Shown here: positions 41,989 through 51,742 of the stretch, in pieces
Layout of the letters: every line of letters begins with the position of its first letter
Position numbering within the stretch: position 1 is the first letter of the stretch
Assembly (NCBI GenBank): GCA_009691785.1
Contig: SIAM01000006.1
Coordinates: 1,725-65,724 of the forward strand
Origin: Phycisphaerales bacterium
GTDB taxonomy: Bacteria > Planctomycetota > Phycisphaerae > Phycisphaerales > SM1A02
Length of the DNA stretch: 64,000 bases
Direction of reading: 5' to 3'
Made by a program: the position numbers and the translations under genes
The notes under the pieces: generated by a model
What the model saw: only the letters and a program-made list of their open reading frames with translations
Databases searched by the model: none
Told to the model about the DNA's origin: nothing

Positions 41989-43488
41989 ATGAAACTGAGC
42001 GAACTTGTCACCAATGTGAATGGACTTGTGCCCCCGGCCGCGCCAAATTCTGGCGATATTGAAATTCAAGCGGTCATAGATGACAGCCGCGCTGCAAAAC
42101 CTGGCGCGCTCTTTGTTGCGCGCGCTGGTTCCAAGTCCCAAGGCGCCGCATTCATTGAGTCCGCGGTGCGCGCGGGCGTCTCGGCAGTGGTGGTTGCAAT
42201 GGATGACGCGGTCCCCGCCGGAGTGGTTGCGTATCGCTGCGCGAATCCCAGCGCAATGTTGGCTCCGTTGGCGCACGCCTTCGCGGGCTTTCCCAGTAAA
42301 CACATGAAAATGCTTGGGGTTACAGGCACAAATGGAAAAACCACCGTGGCTTTCTTTGTGCAGCAACTTATGTTGGCGGCAAAAGAGAAATTTGGTTTAA
42401 TGGGAACCATTTTAATTGACGATGGAAAAACCCGCGCGCCCGCCGAACTCACCACGCCCGGCGCCGCGACCATTGCCCAACTTTTTAAGCGCATGCATGA
42501 CAACGGTTGCAAGGGAGTGGCCATGGAAGTTAGCAGCCACGCGCTTGAGCAAGGGCGCGCCGCGGAAATTGATTTCGCAGTGGCGCTGTTCACAAATCTT
42601 TCAGGCGACCATTTGGATTATCACGGCAACATGGAGTCTTACGCGGACGCCAAGGCCAAGTTGTTTGAGAATCTCAGCGCAGACGCGGTGGCTATTGTCA
42701 ACGCCGATGATCCGCTGCACGCGCGCATGTTGCGCGATTGCCGCGCGCGAGTTCTGCGCTGCGGAGTTGTTGGCGGCATCGCGGCGCATGTGGATGTGGA
42801 GGCCAGCGTGCTTGAGGCGCGAATTGGTTCCATGCGTCTTCGGTTGCGTGGACCATGGGGTGAGGTCACGGCGCAGTTGCCAGTGATGGGTCGACACAAC
42901 GCCACAAATGCATTGCAAGCCGCCGCCGCGGCGTGGACCTTGGGCGCCACAAAAGAGCAGATTGAGGCTGGTTTATCAACTCTTTCTGCTCCTCCAGGAC
43001 GCCTTGAACTGGTCACCAATTTGGATTCGCCTTTCGCTGTCTTGGTGGATTACGCCCACACCGATGACGCGCTATTGAATGTGTTGCGCGCGCTTCGACC
43101 AGCCCTACCAGCGGGTGGAAAATTAATCACTGTCTTTGGTTGTGGCGGAGATCGCGATCGCTCCAAGCGTCCGCGCATGGCGGCGGTGGCCAGCGAACAT
43201 TCGGATGTGGCCATTATCACCAGCGACAATCCGCGCACGGAAGATCCCGCAAGTATTGTTGAGGAAGTTGCCCTGGGTGTTCCTGCGGCAAGTCGCGCAA
43301 GTGTCATGAAAATAATCGATCGTCGCCAGGCCATCATGCAAGCGGTTGCCATGGCGCGCCCTGGCGACGCGGTGTTGATTGCGGGCAAGGGTCACGAGGA
43401 TTATCAGATTGTGGGTACGGTGAAAAAACCTTTTGATGATCGTGTGGTGGCGCGCGAGGCGTTGCGCGCGGCGGAGAAAATCAAATGA
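41989..43488 (+). CDS. murE: UDP-N-acetylmuramoyl-L-alanyl-D-glutamate--2,6-diaminopimelate ligase
   Basis: GVTGTNGKTT P-loop and the DNPR motif (ITSDNPRTEDP), which indicates meso-DAP specificity. Confidence 0.95.
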   Translation: MKLSELVTNVNGLVPPAAPNSGDIEIQAVIDDSRAAKPGALFVARAGSKSQGAAFIESAVRAGVSAVVVAMDDAVPAGVVAYRCANPSAMLAPLAHAFAGFPSKHMKMLGVTGTNGKTTVAFFVQQLMLAAKEKFGLMGTILIDDGKTRAPAELTTPGAATIAQLFKRMHDNGCKGVAMEVSSHALEQGRAAEIDFAVALFTNLSGDHLDYHGNMESYADAKAKLFENLSADAVAIVNADDPLHARMLRDCRARVLRCGVVGGIAAHVDVEASVLEARIGSMRLRLRGPWGEVTAQLPVMGRHNATNALQAAAAAWTLGATKEQIEAGLSTLSAPPGRLELVTNLDSPFAVLVDYAHTDDALLNVLRALRPALPAGGKLITVFGCGGDRDRSKRPRMAAVASEHSDVAIITSDNPRTEDPASIVEEVALGVPAASRASVMKIIDRRQAIMQAVAMARPGDAVLIAGKGHEDYQIVGTVKKPFDDRVVAREALRAAEKIK

Positions 43489-44927
43489 GCGACTTTTTAA
43501 CGGCAGATGAATTCGCTCAAGCGACTGGCGGAATATGGCTTGAGGCGCCAACGCAACCCATCATGGGCGTTTCAATTGACACGCGCGAAGAACTTGCGGG
43601 GAAAATGTTCCTGGCGTTGCGCGGCGAAAAAGCTGACGGACACCAATATGTCGACGCCGCTAAAAAAGCTGGAGCCGCCGCCGTCATGATTGAGAAAAAA
43701 GATTGCCAATGTCCAGGCGTGGCGCGCTTGTTGGTTCCCAATGTGCAAAGCGCGTTGACCGCCGCCGCCGCCGCGTGGCGCAACATATTGCGCTGCCACT
43801 GCGTTGCCATTACTGGAAGCGCAGGCAAGACCACCACGCGCCGATTGATCGCCGCCGCGCTTGAAGCGTTCGGCGCCACGCACGCCAGTCCGAAAAGTTT
43901 CAACAATCATCTTGGCGTTCCACTTTCAATTTTAAGCGCGCCGCGGGACACCAAATTTCTGGTGCTTGAAATTGGAATGAATCACCCCGGAGAAATTGAA
44001 CCGCTTGCACGATTGGCGCGCCCCGAAGTGGCCATGATTGTGAATAGCGGCAGTGCGCATCTAGTCGGACTTGGAAGTTGCCAAGCCATTGCGCTGGAAA
44101 AGTGCGCGATTTCGCGTGGGCTTGAAACATCTGGAACCTTTGTCATTCACGGAGATTCCCCTGGATTAATTGATATTGCCTTGAAGCAAGCCAGACCAGC
44201 GGGGGGCTTGCTGATTTTGTTTGGTCAAGGCGGTCGCTGTCTTTGGAAATTATTTTCGCGCGACGTGGCCAGCGATGGCTCGCAGCGAATTGTGGTGCAA
44301 GGACCCGCCTATGGTGGCGGATGCAAAATTCCGTTCACTCTGAAATTACCCGGACTTCACAACGCCATCAACGCAACTGGCGCCATTGCCGCCGTGACCG
44401 CGCTGGGTCTTGACGCGCAAAAAGCCGCCAATGCCATGGGCTTCGTTGAATCTTCGGAAGGTCGCATGGTCCGTGAGCGCATCGGAAACATGGACATTTA
44501 CAACGACTCCTACAACGCAAATCCAGAGGCCATGTTGGCGTCCATCGCGGCCTTTGCGGAAGTGTCGGCAACCGCAACGCGCCGCATTGTGGCGCTGGGG
44601 GACATGCATGAACTTGGCGAGCAAAGCGAAGCGCTTCACCGCATGGTGGGCGAGCGGCTTGCCATTGCTTTTATCGGAAATCCACCTGAAATTGTCATCA
44701 CTTCCGGTCCGCTGAGCGCCGAAATTGCGCGCGCCGTCAAGGCCGTGGCGCCGCAGGTTCAAGTGGAAATGGTCAGCGATTTGGCGACCCAGGCGCCGCG
44801 TCTTGCAGGCATGTTTCGCGACGGCGACGCGCTCTTAATCAAGGGTTCGCGCGCCAGTTCCATGGAGCGACTTTTGCAAGCCATCCGCCTGGAAAAATCT
44901 CCCGCCAAGAGTGCGAAGACTTCTTGA
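43485..44927 (+). CDS. murF: UDP-N-acetylmuramoyl-tripeptide--D-alanyl-D-alanine ligase
   Basis: AITGSAGKTTT P-loop and Mur ligase layout. The start overlaps the murE stop (ATGA). Confidence 0.93.
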   Translation: MSDFLTADEFAQATGGIWLEAPTQPIMGVSIDTREELAGKMFLALRGEKADGHQYVDAAKKAGAAAVMIEKKDCQCPGVARLLVPNVQSALTAAAAAWRNILRCHCVAITGSAGKTTTRRLIAAALEAFGATHASPKSFNNHLGVPLSILSAPRDTKFLVLEIGMNHPGEIEPLARLARPEVAMIVNSGSAHLVGLGSCQAIALEKCAISRGLETSGTFVIHGDSPGLIDIALKQARPAGGLLILFGQGGRCLWKLFSRDVASDGSQRIVVQGPAYGGGCKIPFTLKLPGLHNAINATGAIAAVTALGLDAQKAANAMGFVESSEGRMVRERIGNMDIYNDSYNANPEAMLASIAAFAEVSATATRRIVALGDMHELGEQSEALHRMVGERLAIAFIGNPPEIVITSGPLSAEIARAVKAVAPQVQVEMVSDLATQAPRLAGMFRDGDALLIKGSRASSMERLLQAIRLEKSPAKSAKTS

Positions 44928-44954
44928 CCAATCGACCGATGAAGAACGCACGCC

Positions 44955-46157
44955 ATGCTTTTTAATCTTGTTGATCTTTGTCAGAATTGGCTTGATGAAC
45001 ATGGACTGTCCGCTCTTGTTCAATTGATGTATCAGTTGGAGTTTCGGGCCTTGCTGGCAACCGCGTTGTCATTCGCCATCACTGTCTTCGCGGGCCCCAA
45101 GGTCATTCGCTGGTTGCACCGTAAAAAAGTGGGCGATTCACCGGAGTTCTACAATCAAACGCTCAACGAATTGATGAAATCCAAAGCCAACACGCCCACC
45201 ATGGGCGGCATCTTGATTGTGGCCGCTATTTTTCTGAGCACAGTTCTGCTTTCCGATTGGATTCACAGCCGTTACGCGCAAGTGTGCATGATTGTGCTGT
45301 TTTGGCTCGCGGGACTGGGCTTTTTTGACGACCGATTGAAACTCACGGCGCGCTTTCGCAAACTTGGAACGCGTGAAGGTTTGTTCATGTGGGAAAAATT
45401 ATTGTTCACATTGGGCATCGGAATCATCGCTGGTTATTTTCTGTACACGGGCGCGCAACACGTGGACGCGACGGTCTTAAATTTGCCGTTTCAGCGCACC
45501 TATCCTCCAACTCCAATCGCCGAAGTGATAGTTCAGCCACCCAATGTCGCGCCCAATGTGATTGTGCTTCCGTTCATATGGTTCGTGGTACTGACCGCAT
45601 TTTGGATTGGTCTGATGAGCAACGCGGTCAATCTCACCGATGGCATGGATGGACTGGCCACCGGCACAGTTCTGATTGCCAGCATTGTGACGGCGGTCTT
45701 GGTGGCGATAGCGGTCAGTCCGCGTGCCAGCTTTTTCCTGATGGTGCCGCATGTGCCAGAGGCGAAAGAGTTGTTGGTGATTGTGGGCACCATGGCGGGG
45801 GCGTGCATTGGTTTTCTATGGTTCAACTGTCAACCCGCGGCGGTGTTCATGGGCGACACCGGAAGCTTGGCGCTAGGGGGACTTCTTGCCACCATTCTTG
45901 TAGCCATTCGTCAGGAGCTTTTATTGCCGCTGGTGGGCGGGGTTTTTCTTATGGAGGCTGGCAGCGTGGTGATGCAAGTTGGTTGGTTCAAGATCACTAA
46001 CAAATTCACGGGACAGGGGCGGCGCATTTTTCGCTGCGCGCCTATTCACCATCACTTTCAACTGCAAGGTTGGAGTGAATCACAAACCGTGATTCGTTTC
46101 TGGTTAATCGCGCTGCTGTTGGGCATAGCGTCGCTGGTCATGTTGAAATTGCGCTAA
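44955..46157 (+). CDS. mraY: phospho-N-acetylmuramoyl-pentapeptide-transferase
   Basis: AVNLTDGMDGLATG, FMGDTGSLALGG and APIHHHF motifs. Multi-pass membrane protein. Confidence 0.96.
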   Translation: MLFNLVDLCQNWLDEHGLSALVQLMYQLEFRALLATALSFAITVFAGPKVIRWLHRKKVGDSPEFYNQTLNELMKSKANTPTMGGILIVAAIFLSTVLLSDWIHSRYAQVCMIVLFWLAGLGFFDDRLKLTARFRKLGTREGLFMWEKLLFTLGIGIIAGYFLYTGAQHVDATVLNLPFQRTYPPTPIAEVIVQPPNVAPNVIVLPFIWFVVLTAFWIGLMSNAVNLTDGMDGLATGTVLIASIVTAVLVAIAVSPRASFFLMVPHVPEAKELLVIVGTMAGACIGFLWFNCQPAAVFMGDTGSLALGGLLATILVAIRQELLLPLVGGVFLMEAGSVVMQVGWFKITNKFTGQGRRIFRCAPIHHHFQLQGWSESQTVIRFWLIALLLGIASLVMLKLR

Positions 46158-46244
46158 AACACCGCAAAATGCAGGCGTTTTCTGGGCCTGATGTTGGGTT
46201 TGGCGACCGCGTGGGGCAGGCACAACCCGCCTTGAAAATGGCTT

Positions 46245-47333
46245 TTACACGTTGAACAGGAAGTGCACCACATCGCCATCTTGCATGACATAGTTGCGGC
46301 CCTCGCTGCGCATCTTGCCCGCGTCGCGAATGGCCTTCTCGGTGCCAAATTGTTCCAAGTCCTTCACCAAGTAGCACTCGGCGCGGATGAAACCCTTCTC
46401 GAAGTCGGTGTGGATAACGCCCGCACTTTGTGGAGCGGTGAAGCCGCGGTGAATGGTCCAAGCGCGAATTTCCTTGGGGCCCGCCGTGAAATAACTTTGC
46501 AGGCCAAGCAACTCGTAGGCGGCGCGCGCCACGGTGGTAAGCGCGGGTTGATTCATTCCCAAGCTGGTCAACATTTCCGCGCGGTCGGCCTCGGGTAGTT
46601 CAGATAGCTCGCTTTCAATTTTGGCGCAGACGCAAATCACTTGGCCGCCCTCCACTTTGGAGCGCGCTAAAACTTTTTGCACCATCTCGCACTCGCCGTT
46701 CAAATCGTTCTCGTCAACATTGGCCACATACAAAACAGGTTTGGCGGTGATCAAGCCCAAGCCGCGGCCCAAGATGCGCTCCTCGGCGGTGAAATCGCCG
46801 CCACGCAAAGGATCACCTTTTGCAAGCAAAACAAAGGCTTTTTCAAGGTAGGCCACGCGCGCAATGGCGTCCTTGTCGCCGCCGCGGGCGGTACGGCGCA
46901 AGCGCTCAAGGCTGGATTCCACCACGCCCAAATCAGCCAGCGCCAACTCCGTGTCAATAGTTTCAATGTCGCGGATGGGGTCGGGCTTGCCGTCCACATG
47001 CATCACATCGGGGTCGTCAAAGCAGCGCACAACATGCAGAATGGCGTCGACCTCGCGAATGTGGCTAAGGAACTTGTTTCCCAAACCCTGCCCCTCGCTG
47101 GCGCCGCGCACCAAGCCTGCGATGTCCACAATGCGAACCGAGGCTGGAATTATTTTCTCGGTTGGAATTTTCTTGGCGATGATGGGCAGCCGGTCATCGG
47201 GAACATTGACCACGCCAACATTGGGCTCAATGGTGCAGAAGGGATAGTTGGCGGCTTCAATGCCCGCTGCGGTGAGGGCGTTGAAGAGGGTGCTCTTGCC
47301 AACATTTGGTAGACCAACAATTCCACATTCCAT
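46245..47333 (-). CDS. ychF: redox-regulated ATPase YchF (Obg-family)
   Basis: [20 protein letters not shown] from ATG 47333, with a C-terminal TGS-like end ([10 protein letters not shown]). Confidence 0.95.
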   Translation of the reverse strand: MECGIVGLPNVGKSTLFNALTAAGIEAANYPFCTIEPNVGVVNVPDDRLPIIAKKIPTEKIIPASVRIVDIAGLVRGASEGQGLGNKFLSHIREVDAILHVVRCFDDPDVMHVDGKPDPIRDIETIDTELALADLGVVESSLERLRRTARGGDKDAIARVAYLEKAFVLLAKGDPLRGGDFTAEERILGRGLGLITAKPVLYVANVDENDLNGECEMVQKVLARSKVEGGQVICVCAKIESELSELPEADRAEMLTSLGMNQPALTTVARAAYELLGLQSYFTAGPKEIRAWTIHRGFTAPQSAGVIHTDFEKGFIRAECYLVKDLEQFGTEKAIRDAGKMRSEGRNYVMQDGDVVHFLFNV

Positions 47334-47418
47334 GAAGCAACTCCTGTGTTTGAAAATCAATGTCGAAGGGGGAACATAGTAGCGACGAATCATGCCTGAG
47401 AGGCGTTACGCTTAGGTT

Positions 47419-49812
47419 ATGTCGACCACTGATCGTTCCACAGCACGCGCGCGCAACAGATTGATTTTTCTAGGCGCTTTGGCGTTGATGGCAACAATGG
47501 GCTTGGCCGCTCGCTTGTGGGAATTGACAGTCGTGGATGGCGCCGAGTTTCGTGAAGAAGCCGAGAAGCGACTTGCTCAAACTGCTTTGAAGGAAACTGT
47601 TCGCGGCTCCATTTTGGATCGACTTGGCAGAGTCATAGCCAAAGATGTTCCCGTATGGGAAGTTGCTATTGACTATGGCGTGATCGATGGATCTTGGGTG
47701 CGTGATCGCGCCAAACGCACCGCGCGAAAAGTCTACGGCCGTTCGTTGTGGGGACGCCTCTCGCACGATGCCCGCGATTCAACAATTGAATTGTGCCTCA
47801 TGCGGGAGGAAGAGGCACGAAATGAGATGCTTGATCAGGTTGCGTTGTACTGTGATATTCCGCGCGCGCAGATTGACGAGAAAATAGAAATCATCCGCGC
47901 GCAAGTTCAAAAGCGCGCTGATGTGATATGGGCCAAGCAACGCGAGGCGTTGACCGCGAAGTTGGGTCATGATCCTGGAGACACATTTCACCCACAACCT
48001 ATTTATGAACAAAAGTCTTCGCATGTGATCGCGCGGCAAGTTTCTGAAACCGCGGCTTTCGCCCTTCGCAAGGTTGGTGACTTATTTCCAAATTCGGTTA
48101 GAGTCATTGACTCCATGCTGCGTGTTCGGCCTTGGGAATCGGCTGACGTCAGCCTGAGTCAAAAAACACTGCCAAAACCCATTCGAAAAGCGGGCGAAGC
48201 CAACATTCATGTGCTCGGAGTTTTTGATCATGTGCTTGGAACAATTCGCGAAGAGACATGGGCCGAGGATTTGGAGCGCCGTCCGTTTGTCAAGAGCGAT
48301 GGGACAATTGACCTAGGCGGATATCGACCAGGACCGGATCTTGTTGGTGGTCGTGGACTTGAAGCGTCGTATGAGGATTGGTTGCGCGGTATTCGCGGAC
48401 AAAAAGAAACACGTCTGGAAACGGGGCAGATTAAAGAGGTGGAATCAATTTGGGGACGCGATTTAAAGTTGACCATAGACATTGAATTGCAAGCCCACGT
48501 GCAAGCCATTTTAAATCCTGAATTTGGTTTGACCAAGGTTCAAGAGTGGCATCACAGTGGCGGGGATGGATTGCCTCTTGGTATGCCGTTGGCAAGCGCG
48601 GCGGTGATTGTTGAGGTTGAAAGCGGAGAAATTCTTGCGCTTGGAAGTTGGCCAACGCTTGCCGACGCCGCGGGAATGTCCGCCAGCGATTTGTTTCGAT
48701 TGCAGCCCGGCGTGAACCGCGCCAGCGAGGCCGTCTACCCGCCAGGCTCCATTGTAAAACCGCTTGTCTATGTGGGCGCGGTGGGCGCGGGAAAATTTTC
48801 GCTCGCAGGCGCGGTGGAGTGCAAGGGACATTATTTTCCGGAGTTCAAAGACCGCGCGCGCTGCTGGATTTATCGACCGCAATTCAGCATGACAAATCAC
48901 AGCGCGCAGACGGGTGGTCCGCTCACTGTTGAAAGTGCAACTAGCCGTTCTTGCAACATTTTCTTCTATACGGTGGCGCACAAATTTGGTCTGCGCCCGC
49001 TGGTGGATTGGTATAAAAGTTTGGGTGTTGGCATGACTCTGGGAACAGGTTTACAAGGACCGCTGCCCGCGGCACAGCGTGGAGTTGGTGGCGAAAGCAT
49101 TGGCATGATTCCAAACGAAGAGCAAATGTTAAATATCGAAGCGCGCCACGATGTGTTCACGCCAATCATCATGGGCATTGGTCAAGGTCCAATAGCGTGG
49201 ACACCACTACAAGCCGCCAACGCGTTCGCCACTCTTGCTCGAGGCGGCAAAATTCTGGACGCGCATATTATTCAAGACGCCGCCGCGCTTCCACCTGATC
49301 GTCGAACAGGTCATCTTGACATGCCAGCCGAAGCGTGTCGCCGCGCGCTTGAAGGGTTGCGCCAAGCTGTCGAAGACAAACATGGTACTGGCCACCACAT
49401 TAAATATGGCGATGGAAGTCAGGAACCAATAATTTCAATTCCTGGAATTACCATTTACGGAAAAACTGGAACGGCGCAGGCGCCACCGCTTCCAATGGAC
49501 GACAACGGCGACGGAAAATCAGACCGTTCTGTGAAAGGTATCGATCATGCGTGGTTTGTAGGCTTGGCTGCAAAGAAAGGCGCGAAGCCCAAATATGCCA
49601 TCGCGGTTCTTGTGGAGCGTGGCGGCAGCGGTGGCAAAGCGGCTGGGCCAATTGCGGGTCAAATTATTCGCGCGTTGTTGGATGATGAATATTTTTCTGA
49701 CGAGAACAACGCAGAAATCACCAATAAAGGTGCGGAAATAGAGCAGTTCTCTCCATCACAGGATCCGCAACCACCCGAACCAGAAGCGAGCGAAGGTGAA
49801 GTGGCGCCATGA
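47419..49812 (+). CDS. mrdA: class B penicillin-binding protein (PBP2/FtsI-type transpeptidase) with acidic C-terminal tail
   Basis: N-terminal anchor LIFLGALALMATMGLAA. Motifs SxxK (GSIVKP), SxN (SRSCN) and KTG (GKTGTA). Assignment to PBP2 rather than FtsI rests only on the coupled SEDS gene. Confidence 0.9.
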   Translation: MSTTDRSTARARNRLIFLGALALMATMGLAARLWELTVVDGAEFREEAEKRLAQTALKETVRGSILDRLGRVIAKDVPVWEVAIDYGVIDGSWVRDRAKRTARKVYGRSLWGRLSHDARDSTIELCLMREEEARNEMLDQVALYCDIPRAQIDEKIEIIRAQVQKRADVIWAKQREALTAKLGHDPGDTFHPQPIYEQKSSHVIARQVSETAAFALRKVGDLFPNSVRVIDSMLRVRPWESADVSLSQKTLPKPIRKAGEANIHVLGVFDHVLGTIREETWAEDLERRPFVKSDGTIDLGGYRPGPDLVGGRGLEASYEDWLRGIRGQKETRLETGQIKEVESIWGRDLKLTIDIELQAHVQAILNPEFGLTKVQEWHHSGGDGLPLGMPLASAAVIVEVESGEILALGSWPTLADAAGMSASDLFRLQPGVNRASEAVYPPGSIVKPLVYVGAVGAGKFSLAGAVECKGHYFPEFKDRARCWIYRPQFSMTNHSAQTGGPLTVESATSRSCNIFFYTVAHKFGLRPLVDWYKSLGVGMTLGTGLQGPLPAAQRGVGGESIGMIPNEEQMLNIEARHDVFTPIIMGIGQGPIAWTPLQAANAFATLARGGKILDAHIIQDAAALPPDRRTGHLDMPAEACRRALEGLRQAVEDKHGTGHHIKYGDGSQEPIISIPGITIYGKTGTAQAPPLPMDDNGDGKSDRSVKGIDHAWFVGLAAKKGAKPKYAIAVLVERGGSGGKAAGPIAGQIIRALLDDEYFSDENNAEITNKGAEIEQFSPSQDPQPPEPEASEGEVAP

Positions 49813-50984
49813 GCACAGTGTCCCCACCACTTGGATATACAGGCGGACGAACTCTTGGAAGCGGAGGATTTTTCTGGTTCAACACTGGGTGGATCGTGGT
49901 GATCGCCGCGGCCATGTTGACGTTCTTGGGCAGCGCGGCCATCGATATTACGGAACCATCGTTGGCGAAGAAGCAAATTTTCTTCGCCGCGCTCGGTGTC
50001 CTTGCCGCCACCGCGGCATGTTTGCCCAGTCACAAACTACTTTCAAATTGCGCGTGGACTTTATATACGCTTTCGTTCATTTTATTGATAGTGGTATTAG
50101 TGCCGGGTACGCCTGAATGGTTGGTGCGACCAAAGCACGGGGCGCGCCGCTGGATCAATTTGGGAATGTTTGAATTTCAGCCAAGCGAGATCGCCAAACT
50201 GGCGTTGGTATTGGTGCTGGCAAATTGGTTGCGTAGACCACTGGCTATTTCAAAGTGGCGAGGATTTTTTGCGCCGTTCGCCATTGCGGCGCCAATGATT
50301 GTGTGCATATTGATCGAACCAGATCTTGGAACGGCAATGCTTTTTATTCCTCCAGTGCTTGCAATGTTGTTGGTGGCGGGCGCAAGAAAAAGACATCTCA
50401 CCACGCTTATCCTTGGCGTTATGCTGATCGCGCCCATTACTTATCCCATTTTGCGACCCCACCAACGCGAGCGTGTCGACGCGCTTTTTGCGCAGTTTCG
50501 CGGCGATGATCGCTATGCGCGCGACATTGGCTTTCAGGCAGACAGGGCGATGACTTTGATTGGCGCGGGTGGATTGTGGGGGAACGATCGCGCGCACACT
50601 GCGGCGTTGGTGAAAAATAATCATTTGCCAGAGCAACACAACGACATGATCTTCGCGGTGATTTGTTGTCGATGGGGATTCCTAGGTGGTCTTGTGACTT
50701 GGGGTTTGGGTCTGATGTATGTGGGGGGCGCGGCAATTTGCGCAATCTCCACGCGTGACCCTTTTTCGCGCCTCATTGCAACGGGCATTGCCGCGATTGT
50801 CTTCACGCAAATCGCCATCAACACTGGAATGACGCTGGGCGTATTTCCAGTGACCGGAATCACGCTGCCGTTTGTGAGTTATGGCGGCTCCAGCCTGGTG
50901 TCAGGTTGGCTGGCCACAGGAATTATTTTTGGACTTGGACTTCGCAAACCACGCAACTTTGAAAGCTTAGGAGGTGTTCGTTGA
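49809..50984 (+). CDS. rodA: SEDS family peptidoglycan glycosyltransferase (RodA/FtsW)
   Basis: FtsW/RodA/SpoVE layout with GITLPFVSYGGSSLV near the C-terminus. The start overlaps the PBP stop (ATGA). Confidence 0.9.
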   Translation: MSTVSPPLGYTGGRTLGSGGFFWFNTGWIVVIAAAMLTFLGSAAIDITEPSLAKKQIFFAALGVLAATAACLPSHKLLSNCAWTLYTLSFILLIVVLVPGTPEWLVRPKHGARRWINLGMFEFQPSEIAKLALVLVLANWLRRPLAISKWRGFFAPFAIAAPMIVCILIEPDLGTAMLFIPPVLAMLLVAGARKRHLTTLILGVMLIAPITYPILRPHQRERVDALFAQFRGDDRYARDIGFQADRAMTLIGAGGLWGNDRAHTAALVKNNHLPEQHNDMIFAVICCRWGFLGGLVTWGLGLMYVGGAAICAISTRDPFSRLIATGIAAIVFTQIAINTGMTLGVFPVTGITLPFVSYGGSSLVSGWLATGIIFGLGLRKPRNFESLGGVR

Positions 50985-51733
50985 ATAGGGTCGCTGCTCC
51001 GCCGCCACTTTTTTATGAGATGTTGAAGTTGCAATCCATAGAATTGGATCACGGCGATCAGGACAAGTTGGCGACATTCTTGTCGCACTTGCTGTTGGTG
51101 AATCAGCAATTCAATTTGACCGCCATAAAAGATCCGGTTGAGGCGTGGGTGAAACACATCGCCGACAGTCTTACGCTGTTGCCGTTTCTGGCGGCCCTTG
51201 AAGCCAAGAATGTTGTCGACATTGGGTCGGGTGGCGGACTTCCTGGAATTCCACTGGCCATTGCCATGCCAAACGTGTCATTCACTTTGATCGAAAGTAC
51301 AGGCAAAAAGGCTCGATTTCTGTCAGAGGCCGTGCAGTTGCTTGGCTTGCACAATGTGTCGGTGATGCAAGCTCGTATTGAGGACGCATCGGCCTTCCGC
51401 AGCGCCGAGCGTGAGGCCATGGACGCGGTCACGTGCCGCGCGGTTGGGCAATTGGCGTCCATAGTTGAATTGGCGGTTCCGTTGTTGAAAGTGGGTGGCG
51501 TGTTGCTGGCTATCAAAGGCGAGCGCGCGCCGCAAGAAATAGAGGCGGCGCAGCGTGCTCTTGAGTTGTTGCACGCTAAAGTGGACACCACCACCCGCAC
51601 TCCAACTGGAACAATTGTGGCGGTGGTGAAATTGGCCAAGACTTCGCGGTTGTATCCGCGCGATCAAGGGCTGCCGTCACGCAAGCCGCTTGGAATTGTG
51701 GAGCCCAATGATTCTTCTTCGCAACAAAGTTAG
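50981..51733 (+). CDS. rsmG: 16S rRNA (guanine527-N7)-methyltransferase
   Basis: SAM motif VVDIGSGGGLPGIPLAI. The TTG start overlaps the rodA stop (TTGA); the alternative is ATG 51023. Confidence 0.9.
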   Translation: MNRVAAPPPLFYEMLKLQSIELDHGDQDKLATFLSHLLLVNQQFNLTAIKDPVEAWVKHIADSLTLLPFLAALEAKNVVDIGSGGGLPGIPLAIAMPNVSFTLIESTGKKARFLSEAVQLLGLHNVSVMQARIEDASAFRSAEREAMDAVTCRAVGQLASIVELAVPLLKVGGVLLAIKGERAPQEIEAAQRALELLHAKVDTTTRTPTGTIVAVVKLAKTSRLYPRDQGLPSRKPLGIVEPNDSSSQQS

Positions 51734-51742
51734 ACATTCATA

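Noticed and set aside
45389-46000. 203-aa same-strand alternative-frame ORF inside mraY
   Set aside because: The mraY frame carries all conserved motifs. The alternative frame is Gly/Arg/His-rich noise.
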